From the NCBI RefSeq assembly GCF_009914755.1, contig NC_060930.1: a stretch of 64,000 bases of DNA, one strand, 5' to 3'. The DNA is from the human T2T-CHM13v2.0 reference genome, Homo sapiens. The translations under genes were made by a program, and so were the position numbers. Shown here piece after piece: positions 1 to 16,218 of this stretch; the stretch's first letter is position 1, and every line of letters begins with the position of its first letter. The notes below the pieces were generated by a model. It saw nothing but the letters and a program-made list of their open reading frames with translations, made no database searches and had not been told where the DNA came from.

Positions 1-59
1 TTGTTATAAATTTGACTTCTCAAGAATTGACAGTGTCTCCTCTGTTCTAAACCAACACT

Positions 60-165
60 TTCCTTTTACATTTGAGAAAATCTGAAACCTGGAGAAGTTA
101 AATGACTTGTGTTGTCATGACAAGTTCCAGCATAATATCTGGGGTCAAGACCTCTAAACTCCATA
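60..165 (-). mobile_element. MIR SINE fragment
   Basis: Resembles the reverse-complement MIR core (tttacatttgagaaaatctgaaacctggagaagttaaatgacttg); degenerate, boundaries approximate. Confidence 0.5.
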
Positions 166-1541
166 TTTAATTATGAATATTAAAAAAATCATTTGCAAGA
201 CGCCATTTATAGTCACAAAATACAGTAGTCAGTAACTGCTGTAAACTGAAATCCTTGAAAATTTAGATATTGTTGGAGTCAATAAAAGTTAGTGGTATAG
301 AAATGCTCAGGATGAAAAGCAAAACTGACAGAGAAGTGGGTAACAAATTATTCAATAAATGAGACAATACAAAGAGAGACATAGGTGCAGCACAGCTGAG
401 GATAAAATTGATGTCTGGATTATTTTGTTTAAGGATAGGCATATTTTTAAGAATGCTTGTTCAATATATTTGATTTTTGAAAGAATGTTTTGATTGCTTA
501 GTGTGCCATGGTTTGAAATCTGCCAATGAAAGCACATTCTTAAAAAAGAATTGTTATCTTTATTTAATGTCCTACTCTTGACCTATTTTCATATTTTAAA
601 TTATCCCTTACAATTTTTCTGATATAACCTTCTTGAACTTAATAGTACTTTTAAATGTAATGTTTCTCTCTGCTGGATAGGTGTATTTTTTTACAGCTCT
701 TTCTTCAAGTTGATGTCATAAGTGGGTCAGCATAACGAAATATATATGGAACAATATAAATGAGAAATTTTTGATAAGTTGCAGATTCAGTTTTGAATTG
801 CAAACCCTTCTAAGTCTTAGTTGTGAGAAAATTAGACCGCATTACTGATAGCTTAAGCCATTTTTACTATCAAGTGAGCTTCTTTTTCAGGTTTCATAGA
901 AAATAAAAAGAAATTAAACAATTAGACATTGCTTTTCACATTAAGAATAGAGAAAAATATTTTATTTAAAGCATGAAAATGATAGTAATTAATACTTGAT
1001 TATAAAATAAAAAGACAGTCTAGTATGAAAAAATAATCTATTCAACCTTTTATAATTCAAGCATTTTAACTTTTTAGTATTCTACCTGCTTAATATATAT
1101 AAATACATCTTTAACTTTTAAATTGAGTATTTTTCCAAGGATCATTTAAAAGTAACCAATACTATGATTTACATAATTTTTCTGAATTAAGGTCAAGCTT
1201 AGACCCATATATAATTCAGATAAATTATACAAAAAATTGTGTTTCTCTTTTATTTTCATTCTGTGATTGCTTTTCTCCTCAGTATCTTAGAAAAATAACG
1301 ATCAGATCTCTCAAATGAATTAATAGCCATTTGATATGCAAATACTTTAACATCTCTTAACCATCTGGGGTTACTATAAGCTTTTTATTCACTATTTTAA
1401 TAGAATCAACATGTCAGTCAAATTTACAAAACACGATTTTATTAATACCAGATAGAAAACATATATAATTGTCAGGGACAGATACAGATTTTGTGGAACT
1501 ACAGCTAATGTAATTTGTGGGAACTCTTTTAGACTAAATTG

Positions 1542-1868
1542 GGCCAGATGCAGTGGCTTATGCTTATAATTTTAACACTTTGGGAGGTCAAGGCAGGAGG
1601 GTCACTTGAGGCCAGGAATTTGAGGTCAGCCTTGGTAACATAGCAAGAATATATCTCTACAAAACATCAACAAATTAGCTGGGCATGGTGACACACACTT
1701 GTCATCCCAACTACTCAGGAGGCTGAGTGGCGAGGATCGCTTAAGGGAAGTTGAGGCTGCAGTGAGCCATCCTCATGCCACTGCATTGTAGCCTGGGTGG
1801 CAGAGTAAGACCTTGTCTCAAACAACAATAACACACACACACAAAAAAAAAAGAAAAAAAAAGAAAAG
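1542..1868 (+). mobile_element. Alu (AluJ-type)
   Basis: Dimeric Alu with J-like gaggccaggaatttgagg and gttgaggctgcagtgagc; A/CA-rich tail. Confidence 0.9.
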
Positions 1869-2101
1869 GAAGATAGGATACAATGATTCATAATTAAAAT
1901 TATAAAAGTAGTCTATTTATGAATGCTTGTTTTATGGTGTGAAAATAATTCAAAAAAATTAGAATCTTTCAAAGATGAAAAATACCATAGGTATTTTCTT
2001 TACATTTAGATTTTTTTATTTGCCACTCGTATACTTCATTTTGCTCACATTTGAATTCTGAAATAATTCTGAAAAGGTATACAAAATTAATCATAAATTA
2101 A

Positions 2102-2620
<519 letters not shown>

Positions 2621-2935
2621 ATAAATAATTATTATAATGTGTTGAATTCCTGGTAATTATGCATAGAAGTTTTCTTGTGGGGGGGAACACTTATTTATTT
2701 GGATCATTTTGATGCTTCAATGACAGTTTGATTGACTGTTTCTTCTTTAACCACCCTAGTTAACCAGGAAAAAAATTTCTCAGACACTGTGTAAAATAAT
2801 CCTCATACCTTGGGTTGCATAAAATATGTAATTTTACACACCAACATAATCGCTATATGATATTTTACTCCATGTGTAACCTAACATAGGAAAGTACCCA
2901 TTTTATTTCAGGAAATTAGAATAAAAAGAAAATAA

Positions 2936-3294
<359 letters not shown>

Positions 3295-4732
3295 TTTGCT
3301 GAGTATTTTTCTAACAGGAGAGAACTTCCAATTTGTCTAGGTCTTGATGGGAACCTAATCTTGTTACAACTTTTTATATGGCTGATGATTGGAAAAAGTT
3401 TCCATAGGCTAGTTATTGACTCTGTACCTTTCAGATCTAGTTTATTCTACAACTCACAGATACTTAAAATGAAATTTAGAACATGTTGAGATTTTAAAAA
3501 ACATGTATTCTCTGCTACCTTTTTAGAAGATACTGAGTAAGCTGATTCAATGAATGGAAAGGGTATTCTGGAAGCCATCTCACTAGCAGTAGCAGTAACT
3601 ATTCAATGAAGTGAATAGTTCAATGAAGTTAATCTGCTTCTTTTATTGAATGCTGACAAAGATAATACTCATGTTTTGTTGCTAGTTTCCATCATTTTTG
3701 TTTGCAAGCATGGCAGTGAAGAGATTTGATAGTTCTGGTAGCAAAGTAATGGAAATGGCACATCCAGGTGTCTGGGCTAGACAGAGAATGAATAAAGCTT
3801 TTTACCTGTAACTATGATACATGAAAAATCAACTTTGTGAAGAATTTTCATATTTGCTAAAAGTAATTGCTTTATTTTTTAACTGTAATAAACTCCAGGT
3901 GTATGTCATTTTAAATTATTTTTATCTCACATAAACTATGTGTATAGCTCACATTAAAAAATGTTTTTTTTGCTTCTACTTTTCCACTTCACTCTAGCCC
4001 TGCCCCACCAATACGCATAGAGTAATATCTCTGTTTGGGGACTGGCTAATTAACAGATTCATGAATAATAAATTAGGTTTGTGCATGGTATTGTACTTTT
4101 TATATATTTGTGCACTACGAGTATGTGGTTCATATAGTGAAACGGTATCTAGAAGTTTGAAAAAGTGAAATGTTTATATTGTATTAAAACAGAATAGAAA
4201 TATTAGTAAAAGTAAATGACATATACTCTACATGTGGACAGAGTTCTATTTACCTTTGTTGTTAATTATTTACAAAAGATATAAAGGAAGAAAGATTTGC
4301 AATGATTCCATGGGTGAGTGTGAGAATGATTGTGTGTGTGTGTGTACATATTGTAATAAATTATTTAGATTTACATTTGTGTTATCTGATGGCACTGATG
4401 GCACTATCTTTTCAGAAGTTTACATACAACTCAATGTAATGGAAATGTAAATCTAAATGCCCTGTTTAAAGAGGGTAGAGACAAGTTATAGTTACTGAGG
4501 AGAGAAATTAACAATTCACAAGGACCTGTCATATTATTTAAAGTAATTGCATTCTATTAAGTAATGGCAAGAAATGTATCTAGAGGCAATTAAGGTGAAC
4601 TAGTCGATCTTTTACTTTAAAATTCTAAATTTAGAATTCTCTATGCTTTGAAATAGGAAACCTATTAAACTTTGTTTATTCTGTTTTACAGAGTATACCT
4701 GTTATAGGGAAATACTGAAAAACTATATTTCA

Positions 4733-5058
<326 letters not shown>

Positions 5059-5261
5059 CTATATTTCAGTTACTGTGAGAGCACTCCAGTTTTGTTTCAC
5101 AAATAATGAAAAGTTGCAAGCCAGACAGAAGTGGTTGCTGCAGTATTATAAATTTCTGCTTCCAGTTTTTCTTTAATTTTGCCACATTTCCTTTCATAGA
5201 TGGAAGTCTTCTTCTATTTGTAGATATATTTTGTAACTCCAGGATAAAGTGATTTATATAA

Positions 5262-5602
<341 letters not shown>

Positions 5603-6024
5603 AGAGCATGCATTCTTTTTTTTTTTTTTAATGGTTTTATTTCACTGATTTTCTTTAAAGCAATGTTTAGAAACAAGTTGGCTATAGGAAGGTAGAATAT
5701 AAGTGTGATTATGGGGAGAATTTAGAGATACATAATTGAGTTTGAATGCCAGCTTTATCAATTATTATTTATGTTACTTTGGACACATTATAGACTTTCC
5801 TTGAAACTCAGTTATCTTTTTAGTCCTCCTGTTCATTATGGAAATTAGGAGTCCTAAGCTAATCTTCAGGTTGCATAAGAAACTGATAATCTAATGAGAA
5901 GGTATTATGTGTGATTTACTTCACGAATGACACCTTTCACAAGCTGAACTCGTCCACTGCTAGGATAGATACTAACATACAGTTTAAGATACACACTTTA
6001 TTAAGCCATTCAGAAACTACCCTT

Positions 6025-6515
6025 GGCCATATTTTGCTATGGTTGCAAAAGAGATTATTCTCAAATATCTGAAAAAAGCATTAAAATATTCTTTTTTTTT
6101 CCAATTGTGTAAGATTGTAAGCCCAGATTTTCTTCACATACGTCCGACAAAACAATGCACAGAAACTCTTTTAATGCAGAAGCTGATATAAAAATTCCAC
6201 TGCCTTCTATTAAGCTAGACATTAAATAGACTGGAAACATTAAAACTATTTTGGATTTTTTGCTTGTTTGGGAAAACATTTTTCATAAGAAAATTGCTGA
6301 TAATATTATAGGTTTGATTTTGTTATTTAAAAATAAATTTTAAATTTACATTTTACTTTTTAATTTTATTTTGAAATTAGCAACTAAGTATTTCTATTTT
6401 TTCTAATTTAATTTAGACTATAATAAATATAGAAGTAAAAAAAAAAGCCCCTCGACATCCTCAATAATGTTCTAAAATTATAAATAAATCTTGGAATCAA
6501 AAAGTTTGAGGACTT
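6025..6515 (+). mobile_element. Charlie1-family hAT transposon 3' part (decayed transposase C-terminus)
   Basis: aatgcagaagctgatataaaaattccactgccttctattaagctagacattaaa resembles the NAEADMRIQLSSIKPDIK-coding segment; ends aaaaagtttgaggac. Confidence 0.7.
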
Positions 6516-7074
6516 TTTTTCTATTTTATTTTGTTGGTTAATTGGTCTTTTTTGGCCTACCTGGAACACTGTCAACTACCGGAGCTTTAAAATAAATGTT
6601 GATGTGTAGTAAGGCTAGTCTTTTCACTTTCTTTTTGTTCTTTATAAGTTACTTGTGGAATTGGGAAATAAGGTAAGGGAGGGAAATTTTACCATATATT
6701 TTGAATAGTAACATATTATTTGAATTTGTATTTCTATATGCATATTTATTATTTATATAATCAAATAAAAATATAGAAATGTTTAATAAATACAACTTAA
6801 TGCCACAAGATTGAATTAATTCTAAAATTGTTATAGCCTAAATCATTTAAAAGTTCAAATTTCAGACCCATTAAAACATCAACAGTAGAATTTGGTCATG
6901 ATTCATGAAAAGAAAATGAAGCAGCCACAAATCATAAGAATCCAAAAAAAGCCATTCCTCATAATTAGCAATGTGTATCTTTTTCCTTTACCACTCTGTC
7001 TAGGTGGATTCTTTCCAAAGAATTGTCTCTTTAATTAATTTTCTCTATTATTTTTCTGCTTTTAATTTTACTTC

Positions 7075-7389
7075 TTTTTTTTTTTTTTTTTTGTGAGATT
7101 GAGCCTCACTCTGTCACTCAGGTTGGTGCAATCCAGGCTCACTGCAACCTCTGCCTCCTGGGTTCAAGCAATTCTCCTGCCTTAGCCTGCTGAGTGGCTG
7201 GGATTACAGGCACCAGCCACTACGCCTGGCTAATTTTTTTTTTTTTTTTTTTTTTTTTTTTGTATTTTTAGTAGAGAGCGGGTTTCACCATGTTGGCTTG
7301 GCTGGTCTCGCATTCCTGACCTCAGGTCATCTACCCGCCTTGGCCTCTCAAAGTGCAGGGATTGCAGGCGTGAGCCACTGTTCCCAGCC
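7075..7389 (-). mobile_element. Alu (AluS) with expanded middle A-linker
   Basis: Full dimer; T28 run at 7234-7261 between the arms. Confidence 0.9.
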
Positions 7390-7583
7390 TGATTTCAATT
7401 ATATTATTTTCTGCTTTGATCTTATTCCCTTTGCCTGCTTGCTTAAAGTTTATGTTCTTTCTTTTTTTTAGATTATGGAGGTAAGAGCTTAAATTATTGA
7501 TCTGAGACTTTTCATTTTTTTCTAATATATGAATTTTGTTCTAACTATCTTCTAGATCCTGCTTCAGTTGTGTCCAAATTATT

Positions 7584-7892
<309 letters not shown>

Positions 7893-7916
7893 AATTATTT
7901 TTTAACGTATAGATTA

Positions 7917-8265
7917 CAGGCTGAGTATCACTTATCCAAAATGCTTGGGACGAGAAGTGTTTCAGATTTCAGAGATTTTCAGATTTTGTAATATTTGCAT
8001 ATACATAATGAGATATCTTGGGGATAGTACCCAAGTCTCAGCACAAAATTCATTTATGTTTCATATGCATCTTACAGACATAGACTTAAAGTAATTTTAT
8101 ACAACATTTAAAAATAATTTTGTGTATGAAACAATTTTAACTGTGACCAGTCACATGAGGTCAAGTGTGAAATTTTCGACTTGTTGTGTCATGCTGACTT
8201 TCAAAAAGTTTCAGCTTTTAAAGTGTTTCAGATTTTATATTTTCAGATTAGGGATTTTCACGCTT
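7917..8265 (+). mobile_element. Tigger4b/MER46 (Zombi) non-autonomous TcMar element
   Basis: caggctgagtatcacttatccaaaatgcttggg at one end and ttttcagattagggat at the other; preceded by TA. Confidence 0.8.
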
Positions 8266-8709
8266 TATTTATAATTTTGCTTTTCAGTTACCAGGAGTTT
8301 GGAGAGTTTCCTCTTATCTTTATGTTATTATTAGTTTGCTTAACTTGTGGTCAGAGAACATGCTCTATATTACTTTAATTATTTAAAATTTTTTGAAATT
8401 TGTTTTATGGCCTCCGATAGGTCTATTTTGGTAAATGTGTTACAAGCATATGAAATGAGCATATGTTCTGCTGCTGTTGGAGTGTCCTATACATGTTGAT
8501 TAGATTCAATTGGTTGATGGTGCTATTGTATTCTGTATTTCTGATGACTTTTTATCAAGCTGTTCTATCAATTGTTAAGAGAAGGAAGTTAGTTTATGTA
8601 GAGTCAGTTTAGTATAATTGTGAACCTGCCTTTTCTCTCAGTTCTGTCAGCTTTTGTTTCAAATATTTTGAAGAGCTGTATTCTAGTGCACACATTAATC
8701 TCTTGATAA

Positions 8710-9030
<321 letters not shown>

Positions 9031-9596
9031 TAAGCCCTTTTATCATAGGCAATATTCTTCTTTGCCTCCAGTAATTTTCTTTACTCTGAATTCTGCTTTA
9101 TATATTATTAATATAGATTCTTTTCCTTTTGATTAATGTTTGCTTGATATATCTTTTCCCATCATTTTACTTTTAAGCTACCTATACTGTTATATTTGAA
9201 GTAAATTTCTTGTAGATAGTGTAGAGTTGGGTGATATTTTTAAATACACTGATGATTCCCACATTTTCAGTAGTGCATTTATATGACTCATATATAATGT
9301 AATTATTATGTTAAGCCTAAGTCTGCTATTTTAAATTAATTTTAATTTTATATTTGTTTATTTATAAGGTTTTTTTAGTGTATTTCTTTGTATAGCTTGT
9401 TTATTGGTGGATCTAGATATTAAACATATACATTATCGCACTATACTGTTATTGGCATATCTTCAATTTAAGTAAAGTGTAAAAATGTTATCTCTTTTTG
9501 TATCCCTTTGTCCTCTCTGGGCTATAAAATAATTGTCAAATATTTTTGCTACATAAATTAGAACTATTTTAGACAATTTTTAAAATTTTTGCTTTA

Positions 9597-9758
<162 letters not shown>

Positions 9759-12700
9759 ATCTAATGTACTCTATAGACCTCAAGAGGTTTACTTTAACAC
9801 AGTTTTCTTATCATGTTCTGTTTTCCTTACTGATGTTCAAAGTTGTCTTCTCTTTAACTTATTTTTTGTTTAATTTCCTTTGGCAATTCTTTTGGGATAA
9901 TTCTGTTGGTGATAAATTATCTTAGGTTTTTTTCTTCTTTTTTCTTTTCCTAAAAAATATTTTGCTTTCCCCTTTGTTTCAGAAGACTGTTTTTGTTTGG
10001 TGTATGTTTTGGGGTTGATATTTCTTTTCATTAAATGCTTGAAATATATTCCACTTTTTTCTGGCATTCATAGTTTCGGATGGGAAGTCAGCCATCACTC
10101 ACATTGTTTTTTCTCTATTTTGTCTATCATTTTACATATCTTTATTTTCAGCTATTCAATTATGAGGCATCTTGGTTTGGATTATCTTTGGGTTTGGTAT
10201 TCACTCATTTTATTGAATATGTTGCTTTATTTGCTTTGCCGAATATGGAAACTTTTCATTTACTGTATCTCGAAGTACTTTTAAAGCTCCACCATCTTTC
10301 TCTTCTGCTTCTGTACTTCAATGACATACATTATCAATCTTTTGTTACAGTCCTAGAGTTCTTTGAGCCTCTGTTCATTTTGTTCTCAGTCTGTTTTCTC
10401 TCTGTTATTCTGGTTGGGTAATGTCTACTGCTCTATTTTCTGTTTATTTTTTTATTTTTTAATTTTTTCTTACATCACCTGTATTCTGCCCTTGAACCCA
10501 TCCACCAAACATTTTATTCTTTAAAATAGTTTTGGGTTCTAAAATTTTTATTTAATCTTTCTTTATATCTTTCATTGCTTTACCCAGACTTTCCAATTCT
10601 TTGCTGAAGCTTCCCTCCCCACCCCAAATCTGTTCATAATTATTTGCTGAAGCATTATTTTTTTTACCGTGACTACTTTAAAAACTTTGAGAGATAATTC
10701 TAACATCTCTATCATCTTGGTGTTTCATGTGTTGATTGTCCTTTTACATTGATTTTGAGACCATCTTATTCTTGGTCCAATAAGTAATTTTTGATTGCAG
10801 CATAGAGATTTGTGTATTATGTTCTGGAACTCTGGGTCTTAATTAAACCTTCTTTTGTAGCTGACCTTCACTGATATCTCACTTCAACAGGAGATTGGAA
10901 ATGCCACGTTAATTCCTGCTAGATAGAGATAGAAGCCCAGTTTCCTCACTAGGCTGCCACTGATTCTTAGATATGGGGCTCCTTATTACTGCTGGGTAGA
11001 GATTGGAGACTATCTCTCATTTAGTATCCACTGACACTATGTAGAGTGTGCAGCCATTACAACTGGGCAATGGTTGAATAACTTAACTCTAAATTAGACC
11101 TCCTTTGATATCACCCCTCAGAGGAGGGATGGAAAGCCTCATTATGACTGGCTGATGGTGGGATTTCAAGATCCATGCATGGTTTTTAGTGACGCCACTG
11201 ATGGTGGCCTTGTTATTGACTGAAGGAGATAAAAGTCCAGACTTCCTACTTTATCTTCTTTGACAGTGCCCCAGTGAGTTGTTCAAGTATCTCATTACAG
11301 TTTAGTAAGGGTAAATATGTAGGTTCCCTGTTTGGTCTTTGCTGATGTGTTTGTGGGTGGAGCCATAGTTTTTCTTCAGTGGTTAGCTAGTGTAAAGAGG
11401 TTATTGTCTAAAAGTCTGTGTCTGCTAACCTAACTCTTTCCTGATCCTTTTGTTGGAGAGAATAGCCTTTGGTTAACACTTGTTTTGTCTATGCTTGTTA
11501 ATGTTCTCAGGTTGCCAACTTCTTCAAATCCAAGTCTGGAATATATGAAGAAAAAAACACAAAAACACAGGGAACTCTCTACCTTGTTGTGCAAGTCCTG
11601 CTGTCTCTAGGTCCCTAGGCATTTCTTTTTTTTTTTTTTTTTTGTCTCAAATTTTCTGCTTTGCTTGTTTTATATAAAATATCCAGGGACTTTCGTTGTA
11701 TGTAGCAAAAAAATTTTAAAAAATGAAAACATTGTATCTATTCCACATTTCTCCAATAAAAGTCTCAATCCCATTTTTAAGCATTAGAAAATTATTTCTA
11801 AAAACCTAAACCACAGAGGTACACCTTGTCTTCATTTACCAGTTCCCTCTTTCAAAATTCATTCAGGGTCTCTGGAAAAGTTTGAAAATTTCATATTCAA
11901 AATATTCTAGAATATAATGTGTCTAAATGAGAGAAGTAATTTGATATAGTCAATTATAATACTATTTAAAAAATAGTTTTCTAGAGGTAATTTTTTTTTT
12001 ACTATTTTCAATAAAATCACCATCCTTTAAGGGAAACAAAGGTTTCAACAATTCCATTATTCATCATTTGTTAGAATTACAATATTAATATCTCATTAAC
12101 CTAATTGACATCATTACAGTAAAACTGAGCTCTTTTAAAATAACTATGTTAGTAAAAAAGGTAAAATTGTTTAAATGTCAAGAGATCAGGTGTTTTAAAG
12201 ATTACAAATATTGCATCTAAATAAAGAAAATAATCTTCTATATTAATGTATGTTTTTTACTAACTTACATTGTGAAGCCCTAGATTCTGTATTATATTTT
12301 TCTTTTTGTTGTTGTGTGTATTCATGAGCTGAAAGTTTGACTTTCAGTACCATAGTTTAAATACAATTGCTTCCTAGCAACCATCGCATTTGGTAACTTG
12401 TCTCAGGAGCAGAGCTGCTCAAAAGGTGCTTTCCATCCTTTAAATAAATATTAAAAAGAAACCACAAACACAAAACAAACAAACAAATGAAAAAAGAGGC
12501 AAGTAATTTAAGGTGATTGTAAGGTCATGATTGTTTTCTCTGATCCATTTTTCAGACCTATTCTAAAAGGTTCTATTGCTTATATAACTTAAACTAAGTC
12601 CATTGCTGAGATAAAAAAATGGGTCCATTATGAACTATAAGATAAAATACTGTCTGTAGTTGACTTTCATATGCATTCTTAAAAATTGCCTTATTTCTAA

Positions 12701-14734
12701 ATTGAAAACCTCTGGCTACATTCAATAATTGTGCAATTGATTGTTGTATGCATCTAGTATTTATTTAAAACAACAGACTAAAAAATGCTCGTTTCATTCA
12801 TTGCAGCCATCACACATATATTCAAATATTTTTAAAAATTTTAATGAAATAAAATAAATATATACTCTTTGAAAGCAAATAACATTTAAAAATTAGACTT
12901 TAACAAAATAAGTGAATTGTGATGTAAATTAAATGACTTATTTTATTATATATCTATTAATAATGCATATAATTTCTGTATAATTTTGTCAATGAAAAAT
13001 ACCTCTGTAATCTTTACTGAATTAGGTGATATGTCAAAGAAGGGCAGTGTAGTGGAAAATGTAAGAATTTACTGTCACTGAGATGAGGAATTCAGAATAC
13101 TAAGGATATTGTCTGATACAAAATAAGGGCTAAACAAATGCCAGTTTTACATCTTCTTTTGAGTGATTTGTAGGATTGATGGCAGGGAGAGATTAAGAGA
13201 GAATTTTAGTTTTACTAGCTGCAATAAACCATTTAAGAAAAAAAGAACACCAGTTATAATTACTTTGATCAGAAATTAAAACATTCTATAAAAATAAAAT
13301 ACTGTAGTTTTTTACTTGTTTCTTTAAAGAGAAGTAAGTGATATTTTAGTAGAATCAGTAATTTTTGCTATTTCTGGTCTCTATAAATCTGCAAGCCAGA
13401 ATTATAAGCTTGCTTTTGTATACAACATGCTTTTAAATATTAACTTCTACTATTCAAAAAGCATACTATCCCCTTCATGAAACATATAAGAACAAAGGTC
13501 AGGTAGGATGTATATAGGAACTCTTATGTCTTATTATTAGTGGACTTTGAATTTTATCAGAGAAATAATAAACATGCAGGTATGTTCAGAAATGTCACTC
13601 TTTATCACTTTTTTTATTTTCGGTTCATTTATTCCACTAAGATACGAAATAACTTATTACTAAAATAAAAAAGTCAAAGCAAAGAATAATGTTGTTTCCA
13701 TATTAAATAATTGTGTTCCATACATTTCAACAGAATCAGGTAAATATAATATTAACTGAAATATGTTAAGATATTATATAAATACAAATAAAAAAATCTA
13801 ATTAACTGCATTTTAAGTACTTCCTTATTTTTTTTTCAAATGGCTGTTCAGATAGAACTAAATGTTCTACATTTTATCCCTCATCTTAATGTAGAATACA
13901 ATTTTGTGTTTCTGAAAAACTAAAAGTAATTCTAGTCAATTACCATGTACCCATTTTATAATTGTAATCATGCCAAATTATGTAATTACAAAATATTACA
14001 AGTGTCAGCAATCATATGCTGACAGCTTGTAATTAGGTAATTACCATGTGGACTTATAGAATTATGATACCTAAAGATATCAAAAAGATTTTAATATATT
14101 AACTCTTTTGCAGTATTATAAATCTAATTGAATTGTATAACATATTGGAAAAACCAGTGGCTCATCCTGGAATCTACAATTATGAAACCAATAAAAAATT
14201 TTTTAAAAACTTTAGGACAAGTAATTTATATTTTAAATGCTCTGACGTATCCATTTTATATACACAGATATACCAAGAAAGCTAGTATTTTATAGTATTT
14301 TTATTAAAAACTAAATTGTATTTGTTAAACTACTACAGTTTTTACATCAGCAAATATAAAATAATTCAAAAGGTCTATAGGTTCAAATATTCATATAAAT
14401 TCTTTTGTGGAAAAACTATTCCTTAAATGAAAAAAAGATGCATAAGCAATTTTTGACTTAGAAAGCATTTCATGTGTATTCATCTAATCTAGTAGCTAAC
14501 TTAACATATATTTTAAATAATATACTGAATCTTGAGCTGAATTATGTTTCTTGAGGACTTCTTAAGCACAATGGGAACACAAAAGGCATAAATAACAGAT
14601 ATATTTGTTGACATAAAAATTAAAAGCCATGGTTCTGCTTCTCAAATGGTGAGGTAAGCTCACCACAGCCTATATATTTCACTGATGATTACAACCAAAA
14701 CCTCTAAACAAATTATAAAGACAATTACTTAAGA

Positions 14735-16105
14735 ACCCAATAAATGAAAAAGGGAATATAATTACAAACACCATAGAGAATAAAAAGATCATAAAAAATT
14801 ATGAAATAATTTATGCTAACAAATTCTACAACTTACTATGGTTCAATTTATTGAAAAGCAGTGTTCACTCAAAAAGTGAGAGAAAGAGAGAATGAATGAG
14901 AGCACTTCAATGGTCTTAAGTCTATTAAAGTCATTAATTCATAGCTAAAACTTTCTATAAAAGAAAATTCCTGGGCAAGATTGTTTCACCAATGAATTCT
15001 ACAAAATATTTTAAAAAGAAATTATAGTAATTCTATGGAAATTGATTTTGTGAAACCACTATTGATTTTAAAATAAAATCAAGTAATCATAAAAATGTAA
15101 AATTGTATATTATTCATAAACATAGAAGCAAACATCATCAACAAAATAATAGAATCTAACAAATACACTCTTATAGCAAGTAGAATCGAGCAATGCATAA
15201 AAATATAATATATAAAATCAAATGGGGATTATTCTGGTAATGTAAAGGTAATTTAACTTTTGAAAACCTTCAAAATATCATATGACCAGACTAAAGAAAA
15301 AGCTGTGTAAGCGTCTCAATTAATGTATAAAAATATTTGACAAAGCTCAACACTATTTCTGATTAATAATCTCAGTAAAATAGGGATAGAAATTCCTTAA
15401 CATTATAAATAACATCTACACAAATCTACAGCTAATATCAAAACTATGATAAAACATGACATACTTTTTAAAATTAAAATTGAAAACAAGGCAAGGGTAT
15501 CTATTCCTACCACTTCTAATTAACATTATACTGACACACTTATGATGTCCAATAAGCTAGAAATATGGACTTCCAGATTGTTAAGGAAAAAATAAAACTG
15601 TCTCTATTTATGGAAGACAGAGCTATATGGATAATCATATGGAACCAATAAAGAAATGTCTATAAAACTAATAATTTAGGTAGGCATTGATATAGAGCAA
15701 ATATAAAGAAAACATAGCTTTTCTTTATGTTAACAATGAGCAATTGAAGTTAATTTTTTTTAAATGCACCAATAACATGAGTTTGGTTAAGAATCAGCTA
15801 ACAAAATGTGCTCAGGAATTCTCTATTGAACACCAAAAATTAATGACAAAAGAAATTTAAAAAGACCCATATGAATGTAGATGTGTACCATGTTCACAGA
15901 TTGAAAGCTTAGACAATGTTAAGATGGTAACTCAGAGCATAGTTATGAGTCGTTGTGAGCCCTATTTAAAATATTGGACATCCCTATGCAGACAACTGAA
16001 TCTCTATCCATACCTTGCACCTCATTGAAAACTTAAATAAAAGGTTTAATAGTACAATAAAACCTAAAAATACAGAATATGTGGAAGAAAACATATATTT
16101 GAAAT
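14735..16105 (+). mobile_element. Old L1M ORF2 (reverse transcriptase region) fragment
   Basis: A-rich; atttgacaaagctcaacac, aacaaggcaagggtatctattcctaccacttcta and gtaccatgttcacagattgaaag match L1 ORF2. Confidence 0.8.
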
Positions 16106-16197
16106 TTGTTATTCATCTTATTTCTTCAAGTTTTTTTTCTGTATATATGTCTGTATATATATGTGTAGATAATAAATGTGCAAATAATAAACTATAA

Positions 16198-16218
16198 TGT
16201 GTGTGTGTGTGTGTGTGT
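16198..16218. repeat. (TG)n microsatellite
   Basis: Direct read. Confidence 0.9.

Noticed and set aside
3601-4406. Short tandem duplications (ttcaatgaagt-aat twice at about 3602; ctgatggca twice at about 4386)
   Set aside because: Ordinary slippage micro-duplications
9997-10421. Hydrophobic F/L-rich ORFs resembling membrane proteins
   Set aside because: Antisense strand of an old L1; the composition follows from T-richness
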